From: Tubulanus polymorphus
Taxonomy: Eukaryota; Animalia; Nemertea
Length of the DNA stretch: 64,000 nt
Direction: 5' to 3'
NCBI RefSeq assembly: GCF_964204645.1
Contig: NC_134031.1
Coordinates: 3,162,001 to 3,226,000 of the forward strand
The notes beneath the pieces were generated by a model. It ran no database searches. It was not told the origin of the DNA and was given only the letters and a program-made list of their open reading frames with translations. The translations under genes and the position numbers were made by a program. Below, piece by piece: positions 48,946 to 64,000 of this stretch (position 1 is its first letter; every line of letters starts with the position of its first letter).

Positions 48946-51900
48946 GACCCGGAAACCCAGTGGCACAGTCAATGTTTTTTAAGACCATCATAGTTCTATT
49001 ACCAATCTGACTTACCAGTAAACACATCTGGACTTCAAACATGAATGCGCAAGCTCTGTGATCATGAGAAACATTGCCGCCAAATTAAGGCATATAAAGT
49101 TCGTTTCGTTTAAGAAAAGTATACTTGCTTATTGAAATTTGATGCACCTTTTGGTGTTGAAGCATGCAGGGCGCACTGCTAGGTCTAAATCATATACTTT
49201 TGGCTAAAGTCATGTTCGTAACTCCACATCTAATAACGTCAGGTTTGAATAGATGAAATAAACTACGAATTAATTCAATTTAATGAATCCAAATTCCTTT
49301 TCTATAACTTTTCTATGATGACGGGCACCTGTTCGAGTTTCTTAGAGCTTCCCCGATCAATCGACCGGATCAAGTTAAACCAGATATTGCTGTCGACTGC
49401 TTCAGAAGAATCAGATCTGTCGCACGTATCGCTCAACGCAACGGAAAGAAATCGAGTAAGAAATTGAAAAAAAAACTGAACAAAACAACTAGAAAATCAG
49501 GCGCCGCTTCGTCTAATACTTTGAATGAACTAATTTGCATACTTGAATCGTGCACGTTGAGTAACGATAACGAATCGTTTTAAGATTATTGACATTCGAC
49601 GCAAATCCCAGGGATTATTTCGTGTATCCATTCTGCGCTGCTGTTATGGTTCCGAACGGTTTTCTAAGACGTGCTCATATCCGGCTCGCTAAGACGTCCG
49701 CGATAAATCATTGCTGTCGTCGGACAATTATCAATCGGAACAACGTTTTTCGAAACCTTTTACCAGAATTATCGGATTCCGCGTGTGTCGCTAAGGTTTA
49801 AATTATGGGGGTTAATGTATCGGTCAACCAGGACAGCCGTGCCGGCGTCATACATCCGTGCCATAATACATACACGTATAATCACTTCCTATATCGGTGA
49901 CGAGATTGATCGAATATCATTTAGAACGAAGAAGGGGTTAGTTCAGCCCTCGCTTCGGCGAAGTGGACAGTCGCATGAAGTACGGACTGTCACGTCCTTG
50001 TTTGGCAATCCGTCGACGTCATAACGAGCGAAATTAACCGCCAAAGCATGCACGGACTAAGACGACGATTATACATCTTCCAAATTGGAAGTTTGAGGAA
50101 TTAAAGCTACGTATCTCGATGTAAAGGCCCGGCCTCGCAACCCTCTGATATCCGTACATACATTACAGTAGGCCTCGCATCGCTTCAGCTAAAATTTTCT
50201 TGAAGTCTTAAGATTACAAGGATTTTCATGTATATCTTCGTGTTGACTTGCTCTTTTTTCTTTTCCAACTGTATGCGTCACTTGCCATTAGTTACATGTA
50301 CTTATTTACAAGATGAATAGAAAAGTACCAAAATAGAATTCATCGAGAACTTCTTCATTCATCTACCGTCGACACGAATTATAGCGTCTAATTCCACTTA
50401 ATGTACGCATGAACCTTTTAGTTTTTTTTTGTCACTTAACATTTTCTTGTATAACTTTCAAGGAAATGAATACAACGCGAGTCAGGTACGTAGCAGCCTC
50501 GTGTTCTGCACCGATCTGGAGAAAGAGATTGAAAATATCAGACTGATTTCAAACTGGATTGCGTTGTTGTTTTTGCTCGCCGACGTGACGGAAGGGATGC
50601 ATGTTACACCGCGACAATTCGTTTGTCAGGCGGATGTGATTTTCCAAACGACAGGAAGTTCCATCGCGTAATGTAAACTCCAATCATCGAATTCCGCGTC
50701 AAGCCAACGAAATAAAAGAAAGAAAAGGAGAGGAAAATGATACGTTGGTTTCCAGAATAATGTTTAACATTTGCGCTTCAGAACTTCCGAAAGAAACGTT
50801 CCTCTTATTTCAATTATATAAAGAATCAAATCTACTTGTGACTTAGGTCCGGTAGCATGACCGAGCTCAAATGGTCAAATATGACCCGACAACTTCTGGA
50901 ACTTGAGATGCGCCGATGGGGTGTTTTAAGTTCGAAAGACCGATCTCATTACTTACGGGGCTAAATTTCTCGGCTAAATATAATCACTTCATGTGACACC
51001 GAACGAATGACGCAAGTGGAAATACGAAGCCGATGAAACTTTATTGCGAAACAATCACATAAATGTCAAGGTAAAGGCCTCACTAACTGTACCTAGTTAG
51101 TTCATCAGGCTCGTATAACGTTAATCTCCGTTACTGTTGTTAGAAATAAGAAGCTTTATACAACGGATTAGCGGGGATTACATTTACAACGTAATAGCAG
51201 CTTTTCTTAGAATGTAATTTGTGTTGATGGCATCTTAACGTATTTTTACTACGGCCTTTGACAGGGCGACACAGACATATTGTCATTTCTTCGTCCCGTT
51301 ACGTAGTATCAAGCCTATACTTATCCCATACTTGGGATGTCAGGAATTATACGTACTTCGACTAATGTACGCTCAAGTTCCCAGCCTCAGCCCTCTACTG
51401 TGGCTAAATCGAAATTCGAAATATTCTAAGGTGAAGGTCACGTATAGCTATCGCCTGCGAATGAAATCGATTTAGCGTCGACGAATTTGTTGTTCTTGTT
51501 TACTCGGAGCATTTAATATCGCGTTTTTCGTCGGGTCGCGAGACTTCACGAGAGCAAACGAGGTCGCGTCGCATTAATCAGCGGGACGCGTCAACGCCCA
51601 TTAATTAGCACACCCGCCATAGACGAACAAACTGCCGACTGTAAGAAATTTATCAGCCTTCGATAATTCGAATCGAAAAAAATTATATCTCTCAGATTCA
51701 TTTGCGGTTGCGTTGACGCAGTTTAGCATTTATAACGAAAGGCAGTTTTGAATATTCGATTTTTTGCCGACGAATCTCAACCGAAAAGAAGTATCGATGA
51801 AGCCAAATTATAGGGGTTTACTCGTAGCTGTAATTTCATCTACTGAAGTTATCGTCGCAGAAAGAGCTAGTTACCCGATCTCTAATTACGGGATATTTTT

Positions 51901-53649
51901 TGTCTCTATTTTCGAGGAAACAATTTTTAAGCAAAGAGAAGGAAAAGGATCCGTTCGATAACGAGAAAAATTGCAAAGCATACGCGATAGGTCATTGTTT
52001 GCTTTAGGGTTGTTCGTTGAGATTATGAAAAATGCCGATTCGATTTAAACGGTATACAGAAATAATGTGCCAGCCAAAAATGAATCTCCAAGGAGTACTA
52101 AGTCCCGGGACGAAAATATCCCAATTTTCTAAGTAGGAAAATTTCCCGACCTTTTTCTCAAAACATATCAAAATTTGGATATTTCTCCCTGGAGCATATT
52201 TTCCCAGGTGATTATCTTCTGCGAATTTTTCATGGCATATTATTTACATTCTATCTAAACATTTTATATTTAAATATTCTTAACATTCGTACATTTTGAG
52301 ACGCCCACGGTTTGTTGATGTATCAGCCAGGTCAGACTAAAACGTCTTGAGACGACGACATATGCGATATCTCAGTACGGAGAAATTTAATTGGAAAATC
52401 CAATTGATTCGACCCTAGTGACTAGTGATATCAAAATAGTTGAAAGGTCGCTATGTATAGCTTGTTGAATTTATCATTATCGAAACGCGGGAGCTATTCG
52501 ACTCTGACGATCAGAGAAATGCGGAAATCAGCATTCTGAATCAAAGAACAGATTTTGAACGGCGGACCAAAAATTCTGATCATTTTAGAGGAATTGGAAG
52601 AATTAGAGGTGGATCCAGCCTAGGTTTCTGAGTACTGCTCAACGAACATACCTATATCATAGCACGGAATCTGAAATTTGGAATGAACTTTGGCTTTGAG
52701 ATGCAATCTAAGCACATTTTGAGGCATCGAATCGATCCTTATCCAAAAAAATATACGATTTTGACTTTGGGTTTGGTTTTAGTTGGAAGTTGAAGCTTTA
52801 GATATTTTATTTTTCTTGACAAGTCAAAGGAAACGACACGAGTAAAATGTGATAACTCGCAGCCTCGTAAAACCGATATGGCATTCGTTTCATAATTGAT
52901 CAAACGTTTTTCCCCGTTCGTTCACCGGCCGTAAATTTCCAGCGAACGGAATTTCCAATACTTAGGGAGAACGGGTTCAGACGCGCCGCATACCCGAGGG
53001 ACGGGGAGAGAAACGATTAAATTATAGAAACAAATCATTTGTTTTTTGCTTGCCGTGTCTGCGTGCCGTGTAACCGTGGTGGAAATAGAGCATCGCGTCT
53101 CGAGGAGGCGGCACGAAACATAAAAATATCCGAGCGAAATAATCAACTACCTTAAGAAGGTCTAAATTGAATCAACTACCTTGAGAAGGTCAATCATTTC
53201 TCTGAGACGTCGCCGATATTGTTGGACAGCATATCGTCAACACAAAAATCAGTCATTTTTAGATAAACTTATCCATAAATCTATTGAACGCCAAACTCAG
53301 TTAGAGCATTACTAATTAACAAGTTAACGGCTTCTTTTCCCTCATTGAGGAAAGCGTTTCGACTCTACCGCCACCGGGGCTTTACCGACGACCACTCCTC
53401 TTGTGTCTCTATCCAGGGATTGAAAGTTACTTAGCTGACATAATTGGGACAAGGGGTAAATACCGCTTAGGGAATGTCTTGCAACACTTGCTGAGATTCT
53501 GCTCTTCATGAATTTATCATATTCTTATGACTTGTATATTATATTACTCAAAGGTGGATAAAGATATATTGAATTGAATTATGAATTCATATTGCGTTAT
53601 GATTTTGTCATTGGTTGCTACTACTTGTGGTCAGGACTAATGATAGAAG

Positions 53650-53828
53650 GCACTATAGTTCGGTCTTGACGCATTCCAGTTTTCGGCCATCTTGAAACTT
53701 GGTCCGAACTACAGCGACCGCGCTTAATCCCGTGTTCGACCGTTTCCGGAATACAATTCCGACTAACTGACACTCGGTTTCGCTTAGTTCGCGAATAGTC
53801 GACTAACTGGATATCCGAAGTTCGCCCT
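53650..53828 (-). mobile_element. MITE family B copy
   Basis: ggccatcttg...gactaactgacactcggtttcgcttagttcgcgaatagtcgactaa...ccgaagttcgccc. Confidence 0.75.
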
Positions 53829-56800
53829 CGATGATCAGTTCCATCCGATTGCGGAGGAAATTATTTAGATTACGTACAGTTAACGAGGTCCTCCAAAGGA
53901 ATTGTATAAAGCTCTGGTAAAATCTAGCTATATATATATGGGTTACGGGTTTAGGTAATTGTATCGACTGCCCTGTAATAGCCGTCCGGCTATGTCAAAC
54001 GCCATCTCAATCAAACGGTCATCTAAAGCAATAATAATGATCGCCCGTTGTATCGCAGCCGATCAAAACCCGAATCGCTATCATTATTCAAAGATTACTC
54101 GAAGCGACCACAACAATTCCGAGCACCGCAATCCGATGAATGATGATGGATGTTGGGTTGATATCGATAGCGAGTGATTGATTCTGGTGCGCTTCAAAAT
54201 CACTGGATGAATACGCACCGCGTGTGAGTGATCGGAGGAGAGTGAACGCGTTATGAATTCATGTAGATTTCGATTGGACACAAAGAAATCCTCGGTAGGG
54301 CATAATTATAGTGAATTCGTGGGTGAAGTTGCTTTTCCCCGATTGAAACCCATCGGCAACTGTGTAAAATAAATACAAGAGCATCCATCGCCAAACCCTT
54401 AACAGAAACGTCGCATGCTCACGTTTTCATTTTCAATTTTTTTCACATCTAACCCTATTGGATACAAGAGTGGATGTATATTATAAAGCTAGTGAATTCA
54501 GCCAGATTTTGATATCAAGAATGATATTCGTAAACTTGAATTACAACCATGCTGATGAAACACTGTCCGTGTTGTGAAGGAAAATCCCACACTTATCATG
54601 AAAAAAAGGTCGGCGAAAAGGTCTCATTGAGCTAATGGTTTATACAACGTTTCGTCTTATATCCTTATATACATCTTTAGGAATATTGTATTCATTATCA
54701 ACTACCGGTACATCCTAACAGTCAACTTCAAGAATACCGTATTCCATGGGCAAGGCAAAAGTTTACGCAACGTTTCTCCTCTAAATTTCTTATAGCCATC
54801 TCTAAGAAATCTGAAGGTATTGTAACCTTCGTATTTCTGTTTTCAGGATTCGGTATTGTAAAGTGTTGGAGTTGCTGTATTACCACAGCTTCAGACCATA
54901 TATCGTTGGGACGGCGCTTGTCGAATGTCCGCTTTTGATTGATCAATCGTGTACGGAAAGAAATCCCGGTAAATGCAAGCCACCAGTCAGCAAAACAAAA
55001 TGACGGAAATAAAACAAACTGTTGAATTGCACGGTATTGCTAAGTGCATGCTTTTGGTTCTTTTATCCAACTGCAATCAAATCAGACCATATTTTTGTAG
55101 AAAACTAAAGCAGAATAACAAAAAAATCCGCCTGGTGTTTACATGTACACTCGTAATGAAAACAATCGAAATAAAATCATATATCTATGATTGATTTGCT
55201 AGCTAACTAAACATCGTTTTTTCTATGCAATAGGAATTATTGGCGCGACGTAATCAGTTTTCATTTGTTACGCTATGAAATTAGACTAGACGGGTTTAGG
55301 CCTCATCACTAGCGGAAAATGCGTTCGTGTTAGAACTTAACCACTGTATATATAACGCGTAGAAACCACTGCTGTTTTTGGCCCGGATCCTCAGACTTTT
55401 CGATTTATTGGCCATGGAATCTAGTCGGACCATTTAGAAATTATGTGGTAAATGCCGATACCCGCGGAGACTGTACCCGCGGATAATACCAGGAACTATT
55501 GAATACAGGGCCATTGTAATGGCGTGTATAGCGCATATTGAAATTCCGCTCTCTGATTGGCTGAGATTTTTGGTGCTACCGTTTGGCCGATTTTCCATCC
55601 GCAGCGACAGTAGCTGGTACACAGTTTCGTATTAATCTTGTTCATATGTTGTGTACCGATATTCAACTACATTCATCTTTGTACTACATGACAATATCAT
55701 TATTCTATGTATATGCTGTAACACTCGAATTGTCTTTCGTAAATGAGTCCGACCAAGAGTTTGTCGAATAAAGTTAAATAAAGAAAGAACTCAGCTAATT
55801 AGTTTCAGGTAAGTTTCACGGCTCATTCTACAAGGGGAAGGTTTGTCTTTTCAATTAGGCTTCTGATCTACGAGATCCGAAATTCGATGTAAAAAGGAAA
55901 GAACTCGCTTGTAAGTTCTATTTCCGATTGAAATTAATTTCACCGGGATGGCAGACGCGCACACATTAGCTGTGTTGTTTACAACATGCGTTCAACCGAA
56001 CGATTCGAAATTCAAAACACCTGAATGCGATAAGTTAGAAAAAATGGCCTCGGTACTTACTTGAATAACGAGCTACAGCTAGATTCGATAGTTTGGAAAC
56101 TCCACGCGCGTCTGCTAGTTCGGAACTAATGAGATAGCTGATCCGCTAAGATGAGTCTATTGATAGACCGGGTCTAATCCTTCGCGTGTGATGTTCCTTC
56201 GCCAACTTACGCAACAATCCTCGCCATTCGCACGGAGATATTTTCTCTTAAGAAAAATAATGTTTTTACCAAATTCGAAAAGCTCCTTCCGTACCAAGCA
56301 GCTTTACTTTTAGTCAGAAAGTAAATTTCTCGCTGAAGATTAGCTACTTGAAATGAACTGAACTACTTCAGACGGTGAGCGGGTGTATCAAAGTATTCGC
56401 AGTACTTGTAACGATAAGTTTTCGGCTTGTACAAAATCACTTTTTGGCCAAACGATGACCTGTCCAAACTAGCTTCTGTCCTCGCGGTAACCTTGTCTTT
56501 ACTAATTATTCGCGCGGTTCGAATTAACTATGTTAATCATGCCAGTCGTTAACCGTAGAGTTTGACTAATTTCTGTCCGTCCCTCGCCCACGGAGCGCAT
56601 AAGGAGTCGGTCGGCTCTTCAGTCTCTGTGTTCGTTACCGCGTTCGTTCCGAGCTCTTTTATCCGCGGCGATGTAAAATTCAATCGGATCTCATCATCAT
56701 CCGCCGAGCAACAACTCGCGCGCGGTGCGACCGTGAACTAAAAACAACGAACTGCCAGGATTTACTTCCATCCGGTCCCGCGAGCCAAACGAGCAATCAA

Positions 56801-58292
56801 GCGATCAAGTCAATATTTCGGGAAAAAAATATTTCTCAGATTTCCATGCGTCGTCACGCTTTTCTGCCTACGTGAGTTTATTTTCAATTCGTCAATATCG
56901 CCCGTGACTGACTATGGGAAAGATGCTGATTTGATTTGATCAATTCCATTTCTATCTCAAATTTGCCTCCCATTCACACGGTAATGTTGACTTTTATGAA
57001 TGAATCATACGGCATGATACCATTGATTGAATACCATTTGTATTCCAACTGTTGTACAGAAAGTCTAAATTCACGAAGACTCGTTTTTTGCGACCGATCT
57101 CTTAGGATATTTACACATTTCGGTTTGGACTTTAAAGGTTATTCTGTGAATATATCTAATAAATTCGGGTTTCTTGTTGGGACATTCCGGTGTATGCACC
57201 ACACCCAGTAAAACGTGAGAATTCGAATTGCATCGGTTATTCTGATAGGTGTTTAACAAGTGATAATCGTGCAGTAAACACCACGCCCAGGAATCCGTTC
57301 CAAACGACAGTGACAAGCAGTAATAGCCTCATTCGATCTTCATTTAAGATGCACTCGCGTCACTGGGTGCAAAACCGTCACCAGATGGCACCAGTTTTGA
57401 ATGCAATCTAATCCAGTAAATATTTATCGTTGAGATGAAAGTGTTGTACAACAGTAGCGAGAAGAAATGACAACCAAAAATACTCTATATAATAACGACT
57501 GATCAATAAGAATTCTGATTTTGAAAAAAAGAACCCATATTGAGTTATATATGTTTGTATTTGTATATCCTTATAGAAAAATAAGTCAGGATGAATAAGA
57601 TTATCTTATCTTACCTTAGTCGACAGAAACTTTCTGATGAAAAAATTTGAAAATGTCTCGTTCTAAACGAGAGGATCTTTGACTTATTGGTCAAGAAATA
57701 GATGGTCCACGTGACCTTTATATTTGCAGACGGTACACGCGTTAGCCTTGAGTTTCTTACGGTCCCGCACCCGACAGACGTCTGTGCCTCGGGGGTATCG
57801 ACATAGTTTTGTCACAAATGAATACCATCTTGTCGAATGGCTTGTAGCGCAGTCAACGACAAATAGATCGATTTAGTCGAATTTGCCTTAAACACCATCC
57901 ATATGAGTAAATAGTATGTGACAAATATCCTTTGGCCGATCATGAATTCGATATTGCGGAATAGTTCAAAAACTGGAAAAGTTTCTCTGAATGCTAACTT
58001 ACTCGTTCGACCAAAGCCGCACCGTCCTCTGAGATTTCGACGGTCGCTTCTTCTGAGCTGCCGTTCATTTATGTTTCGACGACGATGCCGCTGTTACAAG
58101 AAACAAAACGCGGGCTCAAATAATTGAAAAACAAAAAGTGAGACGATTGCTTGGATATCGTGTTTGGACTAGGAAGAAAAAAGTTCAGATTGCCTTGTCA
58201 ACGCATGAAGCCGACGCGTCGACGAGAAGAACAACGGAAAGACGATTGCGATGTGATTTGTAAGCTACAATGCGTACGTACTCGAAATGTCA

Positions 58293-58360
58293 TAATAGCC
58301 GCGATCATTTTGGCCCGAATTAAACCAAACTCCGGTCAACAAATTTGGCCCGTGGCTTAC
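58293..58360 (+). mobile_element. Truncated MITE family C end
   Basis: taatagccgcgatca and caaatttggcccgtg are shared with the left end of the 29163..29440 element. Confidence 0.55.
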
Positions 58361-59162
58361 TAAAATCTGCTTCTATACGTCACACTGTCGCGACATATCA
58401 TCTATGACGGCACGAAAGAATGGTGGCTACTTGATCGGCCAGCTCTTAAAGGATGCCAAAGAGTGGACCATGTGGCTGGTATAACATCAAATCACTCACT
58501 ATAATGTTTATTATGTCACGTTCTACGGTCGGGTCCTACAGTCCGTGTTGTAGTAAATCCTACAGTTCGTAGTTCATCGTTCAATCAAATAAACGCATAA
58601 ATACAGATCATCATTTGTCTAAAACATGGGTTCGTCTGCGGGAATCGAAATCTGTGACAGAAACGGAAATGGTTGCTGCCTGATTTTTTCGCCCCGATGT
58701 TTCATTATCTGAACAGAAACAGAGCGTTTGTTACCGATAATGAACGTGTTTGTAGCGTATGCGAATTATCGGTCTAGTAACGACCCACTCATCCGAAAAC
58801 GACGGAGCGCAACGAATCGGAGTAATACGCTTATAGCATCCTTTCACTTGTAACGCGTAACATTTTTTCGAGTGATTCTGAAACGCATATCGGGTATCAT
58901 ACCTGATATAACGGACTGGCAGATGTGGCGAAGGTTTTCCTAACGTTAAAAAAAACTTTGAGTTCTCTTCGTTTTTCGATTATATGTTGCACCTCTGCCT
59001 GATTAGTGCGCAGGTTAGTCGCTCCAATCAGATTGCCTGTTGTATAATCACGAGGCAAATTCGCGGACAGAGATTAAATAACCGGGGCTAAAATACAACG
59101 TGATTTCTGATTGGCTAATAACGATAATCCCTATTTCAAGATAAAAAGATAACGATTTTCGC

Positions 59163-59278
59163 ATTTCACAATGGCGGCCATCTTGGAAAATGTCCGAACA
59201 ACAGCAACTGTGCTGAATCAATCGGTGTCATTTAGTTCGTAAATAGTCGACTAACTCCGATAACCGAAGTTCTCCCAG
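59163..59278 (-). mobile_element. MITE family B half copy
   Basis: tttcacaatggcggccatcttg...atagtcgactaactccgataaccgaagttctcccag. Confidence 0.7.
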
Positions 59279-59280
59279 AG

Positions 59281-59350
59281 GGTCGTTCCGTGGCAGAGTC
59301 TGGTGATGTCATTCGGTTCGAATCCCCGCTGAGGGAGGATTAAGATATCT
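59281..59350 (+). mobile_element. Possible tRNA-derived SINE head remnant
   Basis: A-box-like TGGCAGAGTCTGG (59291) and B-box GGTTCGAATCC (59315), too closely spaced for a tRNA; a similar B-box lies at 45360. Confidence 0.3.
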
Positions 59351-60915
59351 GTTTTTTTTCTAATATTTGATAGTACTAGTTGAACGAGCGGGGTTTTTTA
59401 GTATTTTCATATTTAATTCAAGACAAACGCTGTACGCACAAACGCAGTTCATCGAAAAAGTTTGTTGAATGGTTTGAGTACCACTTGTTACCGATTCCGC
59501 TCGCTATCTCCTCAACGCACAGGTGGGATTCATATTTTTATATGAAGAAATAAACCGCTCTTTATATATGTTGAGTTCTAAAACTTATATCTGTTTTTCT
59601 GTTTAGCGGGGATATAACAATTTACGACCGACGGGTTTCTTATCTTCACTGTTGATAAAATACTGTTTACGCACAAAATGATTTATTTCCCTCCCCCCAT
59701 CCACCCCACGCCCTCCCCCTAAACACGGTGCATTTCGTTGGCAGCGTCTCGGTTGATGGTAAGATTTAAGAAAGCTGCGCCTGTATGCGCTGCCGTTACT
59801 TAGGCCTTTCTCATCAAATCCCGATGGTCTATCTAAACTCTAAACAGGTCGATCAGTCTTTCACTTTTCTTTTTGGAATACAGATTGCCACTAAATTGCT
59901 ACTAGATTGCCGCTGAATAAATAGGTAGGGTTTCAGCTATACTGACGGATGGAAAATCTCCGAATCTACGACGGGTTTTTTGAGACGCGAAAAGTAACCA
60001 GCAGCAGCCGTCATTTTTTTACCACGATTGCGTCATCAGTAATGGGAGTCTCGTTGCGCCGCTCAGACAGAATGATGATTCTCCGAAGTCCTTCCAATTA
60101 TCGGACAAATTATCGCCCGTTGGCGCGTCTTCGAATTCTATTAGCGGGTCTTCAAACTGCCCGTGACCAGGGAGATGAAGCGAGGTGGCACCTCCGTGCT
60201 CTCTCACACGATGCCGCCAATCCAAGTTGAGAATAACGAGGCGTTCGAAAAAATCTCACGGATAGGGCTGGGTTCGGAAAGGTTAATCACCGCGGTATAG
60301 ACCTTTCTCGCTGCTGATTAGAATTACCGTACCGAATCTGTGCCGCTAGCGAGAATAGGAAGATCGTGGGGTTTCGCCGTTGTTGAAATGAGTAGTAAAC
60401 CCGCGCTCATCAGGCTGTCGGTGAGCGAGAAGCGGGCTATTTTTTTCGATATGATAAAAAAACAATCGGAAGAATCTCGAATAGCTTTCGTGAGATAACC
60501 GATAAAAATACGGCGTAAAACCTCGGTAAATAGCTACAGCGCAGCGATTTACCGGCAACCTGATTTATAAAGTGTTCATTCTATTTTCGAGATGGTTCAG
60601 ACTTTCGAAGATGCATGGATTTCAGTTGTAAGAACGACTCGTGAACGAAAATGAAACTTCGTTAAAACTAATGTGTATACTGAGTTCCGCCGTGCGTCGA
60701 TGACTATACGATGGATCGGAAGAAGCCTCTGAAAGAAGCGTTCCCATCAAACGGAAATTACCCCTATCTTCACGTAATACATTCGAATGATTAATTCACT
60801 GGGCGATATTGCACGAAGAAATTGGATTCACTATTTTTCAATAAGTTCGTTATAAATCTGTAACGAACCAGGTTAAAGTAATATCACTGCTTATAGCCAG
60901 GAACAGAGCGTCCTG

Positions 60916-61054
60916 GGGCCAGTTGCACAGTCGTGACTTAAGTCCAAAAGTGGTCGTAAATCTTTAGAGTGGTCTTAAGTTGTTAGATTGTCTATAGAAC
61001 TAATTTGGTCTTAGACTTAGTCTTAAGTCTCAGCCATGACTATGCAACCGGCAC
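60916..61054. mobile_element. Palindromic MITE with CTG TSD (Harbinger-like)
   Basis: ctg|gggccagttgcacagtcgtgactta ... cagccatgactatgcaaccggcac|ctg; internal ggtctta repeats. Confidence 0.75.
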
Positions 61055-64000
61055 CTGGTGACATATCTATAAAAAGGATCTTTTAGGTTAATTCCGAGTT
61101 CGTAACTCAGAATTAACTAGTTATTTTTAGTTAAAGGTGATTGCAGGCCTAGTTTCGGAAAAAAAATTACTATTTTTATAGGGAAAAGTAATTTTATGGA
61201 GGTGTATGCCGAAATTGTAACTTGGAATATACTAGTTTTCTTAATGGAAAGTGATTTGAAAAATTGAAAAATCACTTGTAACCGAGAAAACAAGTAATTC
61301 CGAGTTGCGAACTTGTTACGGCATGTACCGAAAAAAATGCGTAACTAAAAATCCACATTTCAGCAGATTTGTGGGGGATAAAGATTCCTTTGCGACCTTA
61401 CGCACACGACGCAGGGAGGGAAACGCGGAACCCGGAGATGAATTCGCGTCCCGACTGCTCCCATTGTTGTTTCATTGTTATTAACTTCTCAGATCTCAAG
61501 GTTCGACCTATTTTTCTAGATTTTTTCCCGTTCGAATTTTTACACGGCACTCGGGGGGAAAAACGGGAAAACGCTCGTTGTTTTATTGGCCGAACAACTT
61601 CTTTCACGGTAACAACACTCTACAAGAGTGTTAGTTGGTTTATGTAATACACGGCCGGGGGGATTTCCTATACGGCTTTGAAGTTGTTCGTACGCCCGCA
61701 CCGCGTTCAAACAGCTGGTGTTTGAAATATAATTGCATATCGATATAAACTTTCAGCGAGTTGCTTTCATCTCGAATTCATAATCAGCGCCGCATACCTT
61801 ACGATAAACCGCTAGCGTTTAGAGTATACTGACCTTATACACGAAGACGAGAAGCGCGTTATTTTCTTAGTGGTACAGCGCGGTTGAAAGTCGCCACCTG
61901 TCCAATCCCACGGACTCAATCACTTCGTTTCAGCTAATAGGTCCCCATATTCGCATTTCGCTTCGGTCGCTTTTGTTGCTATATGTATTCTCAATGGAAC
62001 TGAAACCCAACTGTCAACCGGATGATTCATTTTTGTTCGTCCCCTCGACGAGGAACATTAATTCTTGTTTTCTCACATGTCAGAATTCATGGAAAATCTA
62101 TCGGAGACGATTCTCGGCGTCCTACGTAATAACGTTCACCTTTCGTGAAAAACGCATATACAAAAACCTCGTTTATAGCAATAGCTTGAAATTTCAGCAA
62201 CTAAGAAACGTGTTACAAGACTAATTAGAATTGATACCTTGGATCGGCGGGGGTTCCACTGCTGCCTGCAGCTTAGCCATTGCGGGTGTAATTCGTCTGG
62301 AATACTTCGTAAAAGCTTTTTAAAACACGTTGGACAAAAATAAGCAAATCGTTGCTTCACCGCGAATAGCACTTCGTAGTTCAATAACAGACAACGCTGC
62401 CTTCTTTAGATTTCAGTAAATACCATGAACGGGTCAGAAAGCTAGTATCCCTCTCGCTATTACTTCCCTATTTTACGGCCTTATCGCGCTTTCTCGCTCA
62501 CGATGGGATTAACGAGTTCATCTTAAAAACACCGGTCGTCTGGGAATTGAAATCTGTGACCCTAACACCGTCTTAACCAAATCATATTACGCCGAAGTAG
62601 ACCCTACGGAGCGATAATAGTCTATAGCACGTTACGAGACCGTCGCATCGGACAAGCTAAGCCTTAAATCAATGGTGTAAACTAGCAACCAAGCCAGCTA
62701 TTTATCGCCGCGTGTAAAGCGGAGGTGTTAGACTAATAGATAATATTTTGTAGATGCAGAAGGCTGTTTTCTAAGCTGTCATAATGGTTTCCGCGCAATT
62801 GCATTTCATTTTGCACGATAGTAGGCTGCTGGGCTTCTGAAATTGGCAGATAGATTCTTTCCGATTATGAACATTAGGGAAAAAATGATACGCGAATAAC
62901 TGCATAGTCACTGCACGCACACAAAAACTCTGCCTAATGGGTATGCGTCTCGTAAATTAATGGCTTATTTCACGGAAAATATACCTGATTTTTACCGGAT
63001 TGTTTACTGCGCTGCGGCTCTGATAGTGACGTCAGCAAATGACGTAGGTGCCTCGCATCGCCCTCTGGAGGTGAATCGATAAACTAAAGATGATATTATG
63101 TTTTTTGGTAAACGAGACGGTTTTTAACACTAGATTTCGCGATTTTTCTTTGATGACCGGACGCCGCCGCCTTTTCTCATCTCCTTTTTGATGGTCGGTT
63201 GTATTTTGTTTAAAGCAAACCTCTTGTTCCGGAATCTGGAAGTGATAGAATACCCCGGATGTTATGTCGGCCTGGTTGTTGTCGCACAAGTCACGCCCCG
63301 ACGCATAGCCTTCGTTAACGAATAACAATTTTTTTTCTTTATTTCTTTCATTTAGTAACAAGCATAACAAACAGCAACGAAATAACACCCGTGTGGAACA
63401 GTATAGTAAAAAGTGCTTTTAACCAATACGCCTATCATTATCGATTATTAAAGCATTTGCATTCTATTCGAAATTTCGAAACTTTAAACGTCATAATCAG
63501 TTTTAGAATACCAAAGAACAAGTGACTCGATACCAAAATCGTGAAAATCGGACATCAATATATTTTTCAATATTTTCCCACAAGGGCTGCGGTTATCTCG
63601 GATTTTGGGGTTTTGATGAAAACGCCCAAGTGTGCCAGTTTGGTGCTCATCAGATTTGGATCCAGCACCCCAAAATCTATTAGAAACAGCAAAAAACTGA
63701 CTAGATTTTTAAAAAACGAGGTTCAGCCAAAAAAACGAGGTTTTATCTCTTGAACTAAAACATCTTTTCTGAATCCCTGCGTCGTTCTGCGATTGCACGT
63801 CCGAATCTGCAAGAGATGAGATCTACACGCCGTGACCAGTCTGCAAAAAACGAATTCCTTATACGGATTGAATAATCTCTAACACAATCTAGGACCGTCT
63901 GACTTCCCCGTCTAATTGCATTCGGTGTCTTCCATTCCATCTCCCCGTGTAAATATATATAAAACAGCTAAGCTGTCACACACGAATTTCATGTCATTTC

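Overview
AT-rich animal genomic DNA with spliceosomal introns and no obvious CpG depletion; probably a lophotrochozoan-type invertebrate (inference only). Three genes are well supported. (1) A 7-exon minus-strand ionotropic glutamate receptor (iGluR)-family gene (6583..16346), assembled by hand into a 485-aa protein. Its signal peptide is spliced almost directly onto the ligand-binding domain, so it has no amino-terminal domain (ATD). The glutamate-contacting R/T/E residues are intact, but the Q/R site is Leu and the highly conserved SYTANLAAF gate is replaced by TYISGMVRS. (2,3) Two unrelated 361-aa rhodopsin-class GPCRs with single-exon CDSs (FMRFamide-receptor-like/Srw-like orphans), head-to-head at 33582..34667 (-) and 38268..39353 (+). 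A possible plus-strand host gene starts near 3.3-3.8 kb beside a triplicated segment. The rest is non-coding: several MITE families, an intronic inverted repeat, an (AT)120 microsatellite, and a coding-free 40-64 kb region with enhancer-like and CTCF-like motifs. The most notable object is the minimal ATD-less, gate-degenerate iGluR next to orphan GPCRs, a candidate chemosensory locus. All calls are by eye; no searches were run.
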